A DNA stretch of 60,500 nt. Source: Rhizaria sp. SCN 62-66. Taxonomy: Eukaryota. The stretch covers positions 62,001 through 122,500 of the forward strand of contig MEDY01000032.1 of NCBI GenBank assembly GCA_001724265.1, read 5' to 3'. Each line of letters opens with the position of its first letter. Position 1 is the first letter of the stretch. Position numbers and translations under genes: made by a program. This document shows positions 33,489 through 45,106 of this stretch, in pieces. Under the pieces are notes generated by a model, which searched no databases, was not told where the DNA came from, and saw nothing but the letters and a program-made list of their open reading frames with translations.

Positions 33489-34814
33489 ATGATTCTCCTC
33501 GAGTCTGGCAACCGCATTGTCGCAGAGACTGTCAAGGGCGTCATCATCCCGTACGTTCCCCATCTTACTTAACTTTCGCTCTGTCCTCTCTTGGTTCACC
33601 CAGCACTCACTTCAGAGAATGCTCCTGCCACGTCTACTCTGTCATTGATGTCTTTCTTTAAACATACGCTTACGTCACCACTTTTTCTTTGCTTTTTATG
33701 TGTTTCTTTCCAAAAACATGTTCACATCCGTCCGCTGCACCTCGCCACAAAACAGTGACCCCGACTTCAAGCCCCAGCCTTTCGACGTCCGCATCTCCGA
33801 CTTCGACAACGCGTCCTTCCTCCTTCTCTCCAACGACGCCGAGACCGTCTCCGTCTCCCTTGCGCTCCCCTGCTACCACCAGATCGCCGAGTTCGGTGCT
33901 AAGGCTGCCATCGACAAGGCCTTCGGCGCCTATGTCATGCCCGAGGCCGAGAAGGGCTTCGATGTCACTGTCCAGGTACGTTACACTATCCCGCACGAGC
34001 ACTTCATACTGAAACCAGCATGACGTAGATCTGCATTTATAAGATCCAGTTAGTCTCTGCTGGACTAGCCCCGCTCTTTCTGCCTCAAATCAGCGCAATC
34101 TGCTCATCTATATCTGTCCTTTATTCTTACACGCACTCTCCTCACCTGTCCGCTTTTGCCTCGGCTCGCCCACAGGTCAAGAAGGCTGACTGGGAGGGCA
34201 AGGAGGAGGCCACCATCGAGCTCCTCGCCTCCCTCAAGCGCGTTGCCCTCGGCGGCGTGTTCGAGCACTTCTTCGCCGCCGTCAACGCCGGCACCTCTGG
34301 CTCTCTCGCGCCCTTCAAGTTCGACCTCCGCCCCGACACGACGGTGTACTTCGTGCCCGGCGCCGACCGCATCCTCGTCTGCTTCCAGCTCGCCTTCATC
34401 GACAAGGCCGACCAGATTATCGGCAAGGTCTTCCTGACCGAGTTCGCAGACCCGTCGCTGCGCCGCAAGGTCCAGCGTGCGCCCACTGTCTCCTTCGCGG
34501 CCCAGCCCCAGCCTGAGCTTAAGGCCTTCGGCGTCGAGACGGCTTCGCCCTCGGACCTGGGCTTCGTGTCCTTCACGCTGCAGCAGATGCACTGCGCTGA
34601 CAACGTGCGCGCCAAGGCTGTCGAGGGCATCCAGACCTTCCGCAACTTCGTCCAGTACCACCTCAAGTGCGCTAAGGCCTACTTCCACTCCCGCATGCGC
34701 GCGCGCGTCGTGGACCTCACCAAGGTGCTCAACCGCGCCCGCATCGACCAGACCAAGGGCACCGGTGCCAAGGCCACGATCACCGCCGCCGGCAAGCTCG
34801 TCCTCAAGAAGTAA
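33489..34814 (+). CDS. ARPC2: Arp2/3 complex 34 kDa subunit (~306 aa)
   Basis: Exons 33489-33550, 33756-33975, 34176-34814, with GTACGT...CAG introns and consistent frames. MILLESGNRIV start, DVRISDFDNASF, IIGKVFLTEF, FRNFVQYHLKCAKAYFHSRMRARV...LNRA, all typical of ARPC2/p34. Stop TAA. Confidence 0.93.
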
Positions 34815-35506
34815 ACGCGGACACTTCATCCGTTCGTGTTATGTGTTAAACGCAACAAAATGTGCATCCGGTAACATTTTACAATCGTTGCTGAGTGTTG
34901 TTGCTTGACTTCTTCTGTGATTACTGCCACCATTGCTGCTTTATGGCTGTGAGACATACTGTTTGTATATCTATCGAGTGCTTATGGACAACATGAGTGT
35001 TGTGTGACGTTTACATTAGAGTAATATTAGTCGTCTCGACGCGTCTTTTGTCATGCGTCTTCAGACAGGAGTGTGCACTCTTGGTCGGTTGTGGCTGGTT
35101 GGTTACCTTTTTGGTTTATTGCTTTGTTGATTTTTTTTTCTCTCACACCCTTTGCATCTTGGTGAGGTGGTTAACGGAACTGATATTATGAACAAGTGTA
35201 GCGCAAAAGTGAGGTCAAAATCGAGGTGTTATTGCAGTTACGCAATGACGTATCCTTCTCACCTTGACTACATGCGTAATGGTATCGCAGAGTTTCACAT
35301 GTACATAATACTATATACATAAACATAAATATCAATTCATGACACGCATGATATAGCTTTCCAAACACGCAATTAGAATGTCGCTCTTGTCACACTGTGT
35401 TTGAAATGGGTGGGCTTTTTATTTTGTGATGTTGGCCCTAAAGTCAGCTAAAGAACGATAGAAAGTCGGTTTTGGACCAAGAAAAGAATCACATGAACCG
35501 CCACAC

Positions 35507-36904
35507 TCAGCGCAGCGAGCGCGCGGTGCCCAGCGAGCGCGCGGTGCCCAGCGAGCTCACATCCACACTACCGCTCCCGCTGCCGCTGGCGCTGCCGCTG
35601 CTCGACAGCAGTTGGTAGAGCGCGCGGGTTGACCCCGCCGTGGCCCCGGCTGTGGACCCGGCCCCGAGAGCGCGCGCGTGCACCGGCTCGGTCGCCGCAG
35701 CAGCGGTCACCGCAGGGGCGGACCCTAATTTGGTGTCTGACGCCTTGACGCTGCGTCTCGCGGCAGTAACGCCGGTGGTCGGAGCCTTCTTGAGCGAGCG
35801 AAGCGTGTCTGGGGCAGATGCAGAGGCTGCCGCAGCTTTCACCGCTGCCGCAGTTGCAGCAGCAGCAGCAGACGCCGGCGCAGTGAGAGGAGCAGGAGGT
35901 GCGGCAGCAACAGCAGCAGCAGCAGCAGTCCTGGGGGCGGCGACAGCGGCGGCAGGAGCAGCGGCAACCGCGTTGGCGGCGGCAGCGTTGACAGCGGCCG
36001 AGTTGGCGGCGAGACCAGCGGCGCTGGAGGTCACTGCGGCCACCGCTGCGATGAATGCCCTCGAGGGTCGGCCGCGGCCGCGCTTGACCGGGAAACCGTT
36101 GGCGTCGAACTCGACCGCGGCGGCCTGGTAGGCATAGCCAGTGGCCTTCTTCTTCGGTTTGATCCCGTCGGCGCTGACATCAGCCTTCGAGTCATCAATA
36201 TCATTAGCAGGCTTCTTGGTAAGAAGCCTGTTGGCAGTGACAGTGTTGTTGACAGCAGCATTGGGCACGCTGGTCGCGCTACCAGCGGCGGCTGCGGCGG
36301 CAGCCAAGACTGCGGCGGCGGCGGCGGCAACGGCTGCGGCGCGGTCCTTGCGGGGGCGGCCACGCCCGCGTTTGACAGCGGGCACAACTTCGACATCATC
36401 ATCGTCGTCGTCGTCGTTGTCGTCGCCGTTACCGTCAGCGTCGCTGCCCTCGACTCTAGACTTGGCCAGGGTATTCGTGGGCGCGGGCTTGGCCGCAACC
36501 GGAGTGCGACTGGGGACCGCAGCGGTGAAAGCTGAGGCGGAGGTGGAGGAGCCTGACGCTAGTGTCGGGGTGGCCGCAACACCAGGGACGATGATCGCGG
36601 CCTTGACAGGGGTGACACCGGCCTCAATCGCCTTGATAGTGCGCGTAGCAAAGTCGTCTTTCATGCCCAGGAGGCGGGAAAGGCCGGACATGCTAAGACC
36701 AACGCCGCCGGGGAGGGAAGCCTTCTTGCCAGTAAAGTTGTAGACGGCGCGGACGACGTCGGCGGGGCGCAGGTCGGGGATCTGCTCCTCGGTGAAACCG
36801 AGACTTTTAAGGAGCTCCTCCCGGAGGGATAACTTCTCCTCCTCGGTGAGAATTTCACCAGCAATGTCCACATTTGCAATAGGAGCGCGGAGAGATCGCA
36901 CCAT
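35507..36904 (-). CDS. AT-hook DNA-binding protein (~465 aa), Ala-rich
   Basis: Two AT-hooks (KRGRGRPRK, KRGRGRPSR) and an N-terminal ~100-aa helical region. The likely start is MVRSLRAP at 36904, because the upstream part of the ORF is AT-rich. Ends in an 18-nt tandem repeat (SLGTAR x2). Stop TGA. Confidence 0.7.
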   Translation of the reverse strand: MVRSLRAPIANVDIAGEILTEEEKLSLREELLKSLGFTEEQIPDLRPADVVRAVYNFTGKKASLPGGVGLSMSGLSRLLGMKDDFATRTIKAIEAGVTPVKAAIIVPGVAATPTLASGSSTSASAFTAAVPSRTPVAAKPAPTNTLAKSRVEGSDADGNGDDNDDDDDDDVEVVPAVKRGRGRPRKDRAAAVAAAAAAVLAAAAAAAGSATSVPNAAVNNTVTANRLLTKKPANDIDDSKADVSADGIKPKKKATGYAYQAAAVEFDANGFPVKRGRGRPSRAFIAAVAAVTSSAAGLAANSAAVNAAAANAVAAAPAAAVAAPRTAAAAAVAAAPPAPLTAPASAAAAATAAAVKAAAASASAPDTLRSLKKAPTTGVTAARRSVKASDTKLGSAPAVTAAAATEPVHARALGAGSTAGATAGSTRALYQLLSSSGSASGSGSGSVDVSSLGTARSLGTARSLR

Positions 36905-37394
36905 TGTATTTGACGATGAAAAACGCGCGTAATTTGAATTGAAAAAGGACATGAGTCTCAAGCCAGGATCCGATATTATCAGTCCCTCTTGACTTTCTAA
37001 AAAGTATTGGGAGTACTCAAAATAAGTTGAGCTCATAAAAAATAAAAATGATCTTTATTACAATTATGACAAATCTTGCACATACAGCAAAAACATCTGT
37101 ATTGATGAACAATTCAGCTCACATGTCAAAGCAAAGGATACGAAATTTTCAAAAAGATTGTTTCTGAGTCAAGAGACATCCAATAACACTCCAATACATC
37201 TGTATGACCTCAACAACAGATATTGTCACATACTCAAAAATAAGCTTACAGTATATATAATTACCACTTCGCACCTAACTCTCCAAAACCTCACCAACGC
37301 TCCCATTCAAACAAACAACTTTCTCACACATTTGTGACATGGCACATCAATCATAACTTACTTCACTTGGAGTGAGCCCGCTCCGCTCTGCTCC

Positions 37395-39995
37395 TCACTG
37401 CGGCTGCGGCTTGGGGTGCAGCGGTCCCCACCCGGCAGGCACCCCGGCGGTCGCCCCCGCGCCGACCCCGGCCCCGGCCCCGGCGCCCGCGCCCGCGCCC
37501 GCGCCCACGCCCGCCGCCGCTGCGCGCACAGTCGCTCCCAGCGCCGCCACGCGCCTGGCCGCGCCCGCAGCGCCCGCGCCCGCAGCGCCAGTGCCCGCAC
37601 CGCCCCCAGCGGCGGCGGCGGCGGCGGCTGCGCGGGCGCCGGGGCGGACGGCGGCGCCAAGCACCATGCGGACGCTCATGGCGTCTGCGACGGCGTCGCG
37701 TTCCCACGCCTTGGCGGCCTCCGCGGCGGCGGCCATGAGGGCGCGGTACTTCTCGTCACGCGCAAGCGCCTCAGCGGGCGTGTGCAGCGGGTAGAAGACC
37801 GAGATGCCCTCGCTCGCCGCGGTCGCAGCGTCGGGCAGACCGACGCAGCGAGTGCTCAGACTGGAAGATGCCCCCTCCTTAGCAGCAGCAGCCTCCTCAG
37901 CCCCAGCCCCAGCCTCAGCATCAGCGTCAGCATCGGCAGGAGTGCTCTTCTTTGCGGGCGGGACGACTGTCTCGCGCTCGTTGCCGGTCGCCGTGGAGGC
38001 CCCCAGCACGGCCGCGTACTCCGACAGCGCCTTGCGCGTGGCCGCGTCCGCCGGCGCGCCGCACGGGTAATCTGCGAAGGGCGTGACAGGATACAGCCTC
38101 TGCCAGCCGACGGGGTAGAGCGGGTACCCGTTGGCCGCCTGCTCCAGCGCGATCTGCGGGAGCGGGGCCTTGGCGCCGCCGGCCACGTTGGTCACGGTGT
38201 CGATCACAGCCGCCGCAGGAGCAGCAGCGGCGCCAGCGCAAGGAGCAGCAGCTGAGGACTTGCCCTTGGCGCCACCGTCGTCGTCGTCATCGTCGTCGTC
38301 GTCGTTGTTGTTGCCGGCGCCGTCCGCGTCCACGGCCGCGTCCGTCTGCTTGCCGTAGTCGTACATCGACGCGACAGCACCCGCCGCGGCGCCCGTGGCC
38401 GTCTTAGCGGCGGCGGCAGCGGCAGCGGCGGCCGCGGCGGCGGCGCGCTTGGCCTTCATTGTCGCCGCGGCGTTGTCGAGAAAGGCCGCGATGGTCCGGT
38501 CCTCGTGCTCCAACCGCACCTGCAGCTCCACGCGTGCGCGCCGCGCCGCCCAGACGGCCGCGAGCGGGCCGGGCAGCCGCGCGCGCGCCTCGGCGGCCGA
38601 GCCCACGCTGGCGAGCAGCGCCTCGTCCTCGGCGGGCAAGACGGGGTCTGCGGCCGCGGCGCCCAAGGGCAGCCCCGCCGAGCGGCCGGGCGCAGTGGCG
38701 GGCGCCGCGGCAGGGGCCTGCGCGTGGAGCGTGTTGGCCGCAACCGTGAGCGGGTCCAACAGGTGGAAGAGCTGGCCCATGACCATGGTCTTGATGCGCT
38801 GGTCCAGGGGCGAGTCGCACCGCAGCGACGGGTTGCGGTTTACCTCGATGAGCCAGGGCCGCAGCTCGGCGTCGAGCATCACATCAAAACCCAGCAGCTG
38901 GAACGTGCGCGCGCCCGCGGCGTCGCCGGGGAAGATGGTGCTGTAGCACGTCTGCATCACCGGCAGGGTTGCGATGACGGACTTGATCAGCAGGTCCTGG
39001 ATGTCGGTCCACATCAAGCGGACTTTTTCGGTCCCGTACTGGGCCTCGATAAAGGCGTTGAAGGCGGCCAGGGTCCACTTGGAGCCGTGGCCGCCCGCGG
39101 CGGCCGCGGCGGCCTCGTCGGTGTCGCCGTCGCCCGTCGCGTGGACGAACTTGGCGTTCTGCTTGTTGAGGGAGAAGTTGGTGAGGTGGCCGAAGAGCGA
39201 CTCGAGGTTCGAGGGGTCGGGCGACACGTAGTCCTCAGTGCAGAAACGGGCCAGCCCGTCCTGGAAGAGGTAGCAGCGCAGCGGCGTGACCGAGGTGATG
39301 GCGAGGTAGATGCGCATGTCGAACTTCTTCTTGTTGATGAGCATGGGCCGCGAGATGTACTCCTGCGCAATGTACCCGTTCTGCGGCGCGGCGGCCAGAC
39401 CATGGGTGAGGTAGATGCCGCGGCCCTGGCAACCAGAGCCCGGCTTCACAATATAAGTCATCTTCTCCAGCGTCGCGTCGGCGGCCTCGGCGGCGCGGCG
39501 CGCGGCCACGGCAGCCTGGAACGCGGGCCAGTCGCCAGGGAAGGTCCACGCGCGCGGCGCGAAGCCGAACTGATCGGGGCGCAGCGCGTAAAGATGCTGC
39601 ATGGCGCGCGCGAGATTGCGCTTGCGCGAAACCTGCTCGATGCCCGGGATGTGGTTCACGCGCTGCGTGCGCGCGAGCGAGCGGAAGTAGGTCGGCGAGC
39701 ACTTGTCAACCCATCCGATTTGCCACTCGCGCGTGTTGTTCGAGTCGCCGCGCACTGTCCGCCGCTCCGTGAGGCCGAGCTGCCGCGAGGTGCGCGCGAC
39801 TGTGTGCGTGGGGGACCGCTTGATTGTCAGGATCACCGGGTGGAAGCTGCGGCGCGGCAGGGCTTTGCTAGCGGTGGTATTGCCGGCATTGTCGGTGTTG
39901 GCGGTGGTCGTGGTGGCGGACTCGGGGGTGGAGGCCGAGACGGAGGCCAGGAGCTGCTGCTCAGTCTCGTTCTCGTCGGAAGAGGAGGAGGACAT
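37395..39995 (-). CDS. Tubulin polyglutamylase, TTLL6/11/13-like (866 aa)
   Basis: TTL-domain motifs: QRVNHIPG, YIVKPGSGCQGRGIYL, AQEYISRPMLINKKKFDMRIY, GLARFCTEDY, HLTNFSLNK, FQLLGFDVMLD, PWLIEVNRNPS. The GCQG motif matches the TTLL6/11/13 group. Stop TGA. Confidence 0.9.
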   Translation of the reverse strand: MSSSSSDENETEQQLLASVSASTPESATTTTANTDNAGNTTASKALPRRSFHPVILTIKRSPTHTVARTSRQLGLTERRTVRGDSNNTREWQIGWVDKCSPTYFRSLARTQRVNHIPGIEQVSRKRNLARAMQHLYALRPDQFGFAPRAWTFPGDWPAFQAAVAARRAAEAADATLEKMTYIVKPGSGCQGRGIYLTHGLAAAPQNGYIAQEYISRPMLINKKKFDMRIYLAITSVTPLRCYLFQDGLARFCTEDYVSPDPSNLESLFGHLTNFSLNKQNAKFVHATGDGDTDEAAAAAAGGHGSKWTLAAFNAFIEAQYGTEKVRLMWTDIQDLLIKSVIATLPVMQTCYSTIFPGDAAGARTFQLLGFDVMLDAELRPWLIEVNRNPSLRCDSPLDQRIKTMVMGQLFHLLDPLTVAANTLHAQAPAAAPATAPGRSAGLPLGAAAADPVLPAEDEALLASVGSAAEARARLPGPLAAVWAARRARVELQVRLEHEDRTIAAFLDNAAATMKAKRAAAAAAAAAAAAAKTATGAAAGAVASMYDYGKQTDAAVDADGAGNNNDDDDDDDDDGGAKGKSSAAAPCAGAAAAPAAAVIDTVTNVAGGAKAPLPQIALEQAANGYPLYPVGWQRLYPVTPFADYPCGAPADAATRKALSEYAAVLGASTATGNERETVVPPAKKSTPADADADAEAGAGAEEAAAAKEGASSSLSTRCVGLPDAATAASEGISVFYPLHTPAEALARDEKYRALMAAAAEAAKAWERDAVADAMSVRMVLGAAVRPGARAAAAAAAAGGGAGTGAAGAGAAGAARRVAALGATVRAAAAGVGAGAGAGAGAGAGVGAGATAGVPAGWGPLHPKPQPQ

Positions 39996-40681
39996 ACGGC
40001 GTCAGGAGGGCGGCGTTTTGGCGCTACTGTTGAACTGCTGCTGCTGCTGATTGAGTGTTAGCGGCCGCGACAGGAGCGGAGAGACAATGTGGTAGCGGAG
40101 GCTTACCGACGACTGTTAGTGAGGCCTTGAGGCGAGGACACGGAGCTCTTGCAAGGAAAAGTCCGTTGAACGCAACAAGTCTACGAGATCAAATGAGTGG
40201 GTGGAACGTATGCGCGGTGACGAGAATGTACAGAGTGTTAAGGGCCGAGTTTGGCAAGGACGGGGGTTACGAGCATGACGGACAAGCAATCCTCGGCAAT
40301 CTCCGGCTTCTAGGAAGCACAAGGCAGGTCTCGGCCGGCACAATAAAAATATAAACAACAAGTACCAATGCATAAAGATATACTTGACAAACAGCGCTTC
40401 CAGCGGACGCTGTACCGAGATAATGCCCGTAAGATACTCGCCCTGCGCTGTGATTCACTGCGACTGTGAGCGAAACACGCCGATCCAATGCAGATACACA
40501 CATAAAAACAGCCCCACAGTGTATATATGCGGGTTGTCTTATTTTCAAAATGTTATATGTATTATTCAAACTCTAAATTTCGAGGCACTTTAACCGTAGC
40601 GAGATATCCGGCCTTTCTCTTGTTTCTCCTGTCAGACCTCGTTGCCCGCGCGCTCGCTCCACGCCCGTCACAGGGCTCAGC

Positions 40682-43600
40682 ATGGACTCCCATTCTGCCC
40701 TCACCGCGCCACGCCGCGTGCCGCGCGCCGCCTCGGCGCGCCTCGGCGCCCGTATCTCCTTCTAGCCGCAGTACCTGCTGCGCTTGCGCGCCGACCTCGA
40801 CGGCAGCGACGATGAGGACGCTTGCCCGCCCTCGACCCATTCGCTTCCCGCCTCTGCAGCGCAGCGAAGCGGGACTGCCTCCGTGCACCGGCCCGCCGGC
40901 GGCCACCGAGCGGCCGCGTCTACGACCCCGTCTGTGCAGTACGGCCCCGAAGCGCGTTTGCGCGCCCGGTTCCACGCCTTTTTCCCTTACCAACTCCCAT
41001 CACAGCATTCTCTAGGAGCATCTGCGTCAGCGTCTCTATCGTCGCTGCCATCGCTCGCCTTGCTGCGGCCGCCGACGGCGCTGTTCCCGCTGGACCCGCT
41101 GTACTCGGCCCCGGCGCCGCGCGTGCTGCTGGCGCACCTGCTCTCCGCCGTGCCCGTCTCGGAGACGGCGGGCGCTGTGGTGTTGCTGCTGGGCCGGCGG
41201 CCACTGCGGCGCTGCGAGATCGTGGCCACCGTCACGGCCAGGAAGGTCAAGGACGACAGCATGGTCACGTACGTCATCGACGACGGCACAGGCGCCATGC
41301 GCTGCCACCAGTGGCTGGTGGACACGAAGAAGCAGCCAGTCAACGTGCACAACAACAACAACAGCAGCAGCAGTATCGGCGGCACTCACACACATGCTGC
41401 GGCTGCGAGTACTGGTGTAGGCGAGACAAGTGCCGGTGCTGCTGTTGGTGCTGTTACAGCGGGCGGCCTAACTTCAGACGAGGAACACATGTGGGTGCGT
41501 ATTGAGCAATCTCGGCAACAAATTCAGCAACAACAACAGCAACAACAACAACATCGACAGCAGTCACAACAGCCACGGCATCAGTCAGTGCAGCCACAAC
41601 AGCGACCGCTGCAATTGCAGTTAGCTGCATTGACACAGTTGCTTGATGGAAATATGGCTGAGCACCTCCCGATCCCCGTTTGCTTCAATCATGACATGAA
41701 CGCAAGGACAGACTTGACCAGCAAGAACGTCACGAGTACTGTGAACACGCAACAGCATGTGCAACAACAACATCAGTTCCCACTGCCCCCTCCTTCTGGC
41801 CCCCCTGCCGGCCTAACTTCCCCGCCCTTTATTCCCTCAACCATATTTTCCAATGCAAACAACGAGGCAGCTGACGCGTCACTGCGCACCGCGCCTGCGC
41901 TGCCGCTGTCCTTCTCAGTGCCGCTGCTGCTGCCTGTGGGCGCCGTGTGCCGCCTCCGCGCCGTGCCCCACGTGTTTCGCGGCGTGGTAGAACTCACGGT
42001 CACGCACGCGCGCCCTCTGCTGGATCCCGTGTCCGCGGCTGAGGCCGAGGCGGAGCACGTGCAGGCCGTTGCGGCTGCGATGGAGGAGTATGTTAAGCCG
42101 TCACCAGCGTCCGTCAGGGCCGCGCAGATTGCCGCGGCACAACGCGTTGGCAAATCCACCACGAAACCCAGCGCTCGGTGCGATAACGCAGGTGATGGCG
42201 CAACTGCGAATGCAAGTGCGAATTCTGACGCTGTCCCAAGTTCAGGCGCAAGCGCTGAGACTGATGACGTGGCGAGTGACGGCGCAACTGACAACACGGC
42301 ACACGCGAGTGCCCATGTAGCTGCGGCCGCAACGGCGACCGCGACGGCGACTGCTGTGGCCGAGAGCGACTGCGATCCCGAGCGGCGCCGCCGTCGCCAC
42401 ATGCGTGCTCTGACGCGCGCCGTCGCGGACTGGATTGAGCAGCAGTTTAAGCTCGCGCTGACGTCCCATTGGCGCGCGCTGTCGACAAAAGTGTCGGAGG
42501 CTGCGCGTGTCGCAGCAGCGATGCAGTCTAAAGCAACAAAGAACAAGTCAAACGTTACCGCAGCTACTTATGATGACAACCGGAGAGTCAACAGTAGCAG
42601 CGATAGCGGGAATGCAGGTGATTGTAGCACAACTGATAGCGATGATGACACCTGTGTCGGTGAGGTTACGACTCACACGGGCGCGAACAGTGCCACCAAC
42701 GCCGACGATGCCCGTGTCAACGACTTGATTGAAGTCGACAATCTAAGCGTCGCGGACAGCGAGTACACTGGGGGCTCGCTTGCGACAACAATTACGCACG
42801 CAAGTACAAGCTCTAGCTCAAGTGCAAAGTCAGCATCAACGACCAACTCGCGTTCTAGTGCCGTCTCGGGCGCAAGCTCTCGCTCGACCACCAAGAAGGC
42901 TCAGATCAAGAGCAAAATCGGCCCCGCGAAAGCTAGGATTCCACCTGCACTGCTGTCCGCGTGTGTCAAACTAGCGCTCGCTGCGACGCCGCTATGTATC
43001 ACGATGGACTCTCTGTGCGCTGCTCCCGACGTTCTTGCTGCTGCGCGCGCGTATGTATCTGCAACCGAGAAAGCCCCGACAGTCGCGTCGGCAACGGCAG
43101 GTCAGGGTGCACCGATGTCAGAGGCCGCTGGCTCAGGCTCCAGCGCTACTTCGGGTGCCGTCACCGCGAGTGCTAGCGCGACCGCGACGGCGCGCGCCGC
43201 CGGCCTGACCGTGGCCGAGTACAACAAGTGCCGGTCGGCGCTGCAGAGCGCGCAGGCCGAGCTCCAGAGCATCGGCGTCTTAACTAAAGCGCCGCCGCTG
43301 TGGGTGCCGGTGACGGCGCGGCTCGGGCTCGCCAGTCGCGTCGCGGCGCTGGGGGCGCTGGAGACACGCGACGCGGGCGCCAACAAGGCGACTGGGAGTA
43401 ATAAGATCGGGAAAGGCAACATCAAGAACACCAACAACAACAGCAGTAGTAGTAAGAACGTGACTACTCGTGCCCATACGAGTACTTCCCCTGCCGCACC
43501 GATTCCTGTCGGTGGTGGCACAAAGCGTCCTCTGCAGAAGGATGCTTTGTCGCACAGCCGTGAGTCTGACACCAAGAAAGCGAGCCGTGACGCCGCCGAC

Positions 43601-45106
43601 GATGACCGCGATGACTACGTCGGCCGCGACTCACTTGCAGACACACGCGCTCTCAACAGCAACAGCACAGACAGTGACGCGTGCGGTGACAATAGTGATG
43701 GCAGCAACGCCAGCGGGCTGGAGAACGCTGGCGCTGGTATTCTGTCGCAACAGCGTGCGCGGCGACCCCGCGCAGCTTCGGCGTTTCCGGCCGCTGCCGA
43801 CCACGGCGATATCAGAGGCAACGGCAACACCGACGGCGTTGATCGCCCTGCCACTGATTCTGCGACCGTGCTCGCAAGTGATGCACAGGATTCGAGCACC
43901 CTTCGTGGTGACGACGAAGTTAACATCAAAGACGACAATGATTACGATAATGATCACGACGGCAACCATGCGAACGCAGAAGTCCCGTCTGGCCTCTACG
44001 CGCGCGCACGCGCCAACGCGTCAGTGAGGCTGCCACGCAAACGCATCGTCAAGAAGCTTCGCGGCAATCCGTACCTGCTGGCCCAACCTGCTGCCGCCGC
44101 TGCTGCTGTTGCTGAGGCGTTAGGATCCGCCGAGACTTCTGATTCGACTGCTCCGGCGCGAGAGACCGCAGGTGGCCTTGCCGGTGAAGCAGCGGCAGGC
44201 GGGACTGCCCACAGTCGGGCAGCGGGTGCGCTCGCGCCGCCATCAATGCTGCTGTGCGCGTCGCCGTCCTCTCTCTTCTCGCCGGGGATCGTTCAAATCG
44301 CAGCTCCGAGCGTCGCGACGGCGTCACTGGCGGCCGCGACTGCGGGCGACTCTGACGGCAACACCGCCGTGTCGGTAACTGCGAGCACCGCCACTGCAGT
44401 TCGCCGCGGCGAGAGCAAAACCAAGAGCAAACGTGACTCTCTCGGCGTTGCTGCGAACGCAGCTGACCCGCTTGTGAACGCGAATGCGAGTGGTAGCGGC
44501 GTAGCTTCACTGACGAGCGCCGCAGCGTATACGATCCAAGCCCCGCCAGACTCGCTCTGGCTCTGCACCGCGGGCGGCCATCTGGCGCCAGTGTTGCTGG
44601 ACGTGTTGCGCGCGCGGCGGGGCGACTGGGCCGTGGCGCTCAGCGTCGACAAAGCGAGGCGGCGCAAGATGCTCCAAACAGAGCTTGAACAACAACAACA
44701 ACAGCGGCAACTTCAGCGGCAACTAATCAGCGTCGTCGCCGACTTGCGGCCGTGCGCGCTGGGCCAAGACGCGCTGCTGTCAAAGAAGCTACGCAGCGTC
44801 GGCTCCGACTTGCGCCTCTGTGCGCTGGGCCAGGGCGCGCTGCTGGCGGAGGCGCGCGACCGCGGCGGCGGCTCCGTGGCCGGCGCGCAGCAAGGCCGGC
44901 TGGTCGAGGCGCTGAGGCTGCTGGCGGCGGCGGGCGTGGCCGTTAACGTGCGCGCTACAGCCAATGCGAGCGTTGCTGTCAGTAGCGACAAAGCGGTGAT
45001 GGCAAGTGCAAGCGTCGGGGCTGTGAGTGAAGCCGAGGCGGCGTGGTCGTGGGCGGGTAAGAGAGCTAGCGCGGCGGTGGCGAGTGTTCTGGGCCCGGGA
45101 CTGTGA
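40682..45106 (+). CDS. STN1/RPA2-like OB-fold protein (CST-complex STN1 candidate, ~1474 aa); in-frame TAG at 40763-40765 makes the 5' end uncertain
   Basis: OB-fold halves CEIVATVTARKVKDDSMVTYVIDDGTGAMRCHQW (~41210-41315) and VGAVCRLRAVPHVFRGVVELTVTHARPLLDPVSAAEAEAEH (~41935-42060), plus two C-terminal winged-helix-like segments. ORF 40784..45106 has no ATG before the OB fold. ATG 40682 is in frame but separated from it by one TAG. Stop TGA. Confidence 0.65.
44741..44845 (+). repeat. Imperfect ~66-nt tandem duplication inside the STN1-like CDS
   Basis: gacttgcggccgtgcgcgctgggccaagacgcgctgctg followed by gacttgcgcctctgtgcgctgggccagggcgcgctgctg (DLRPCALGQDALL / DLRLCALGQGALL). Confidence 0.7.
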
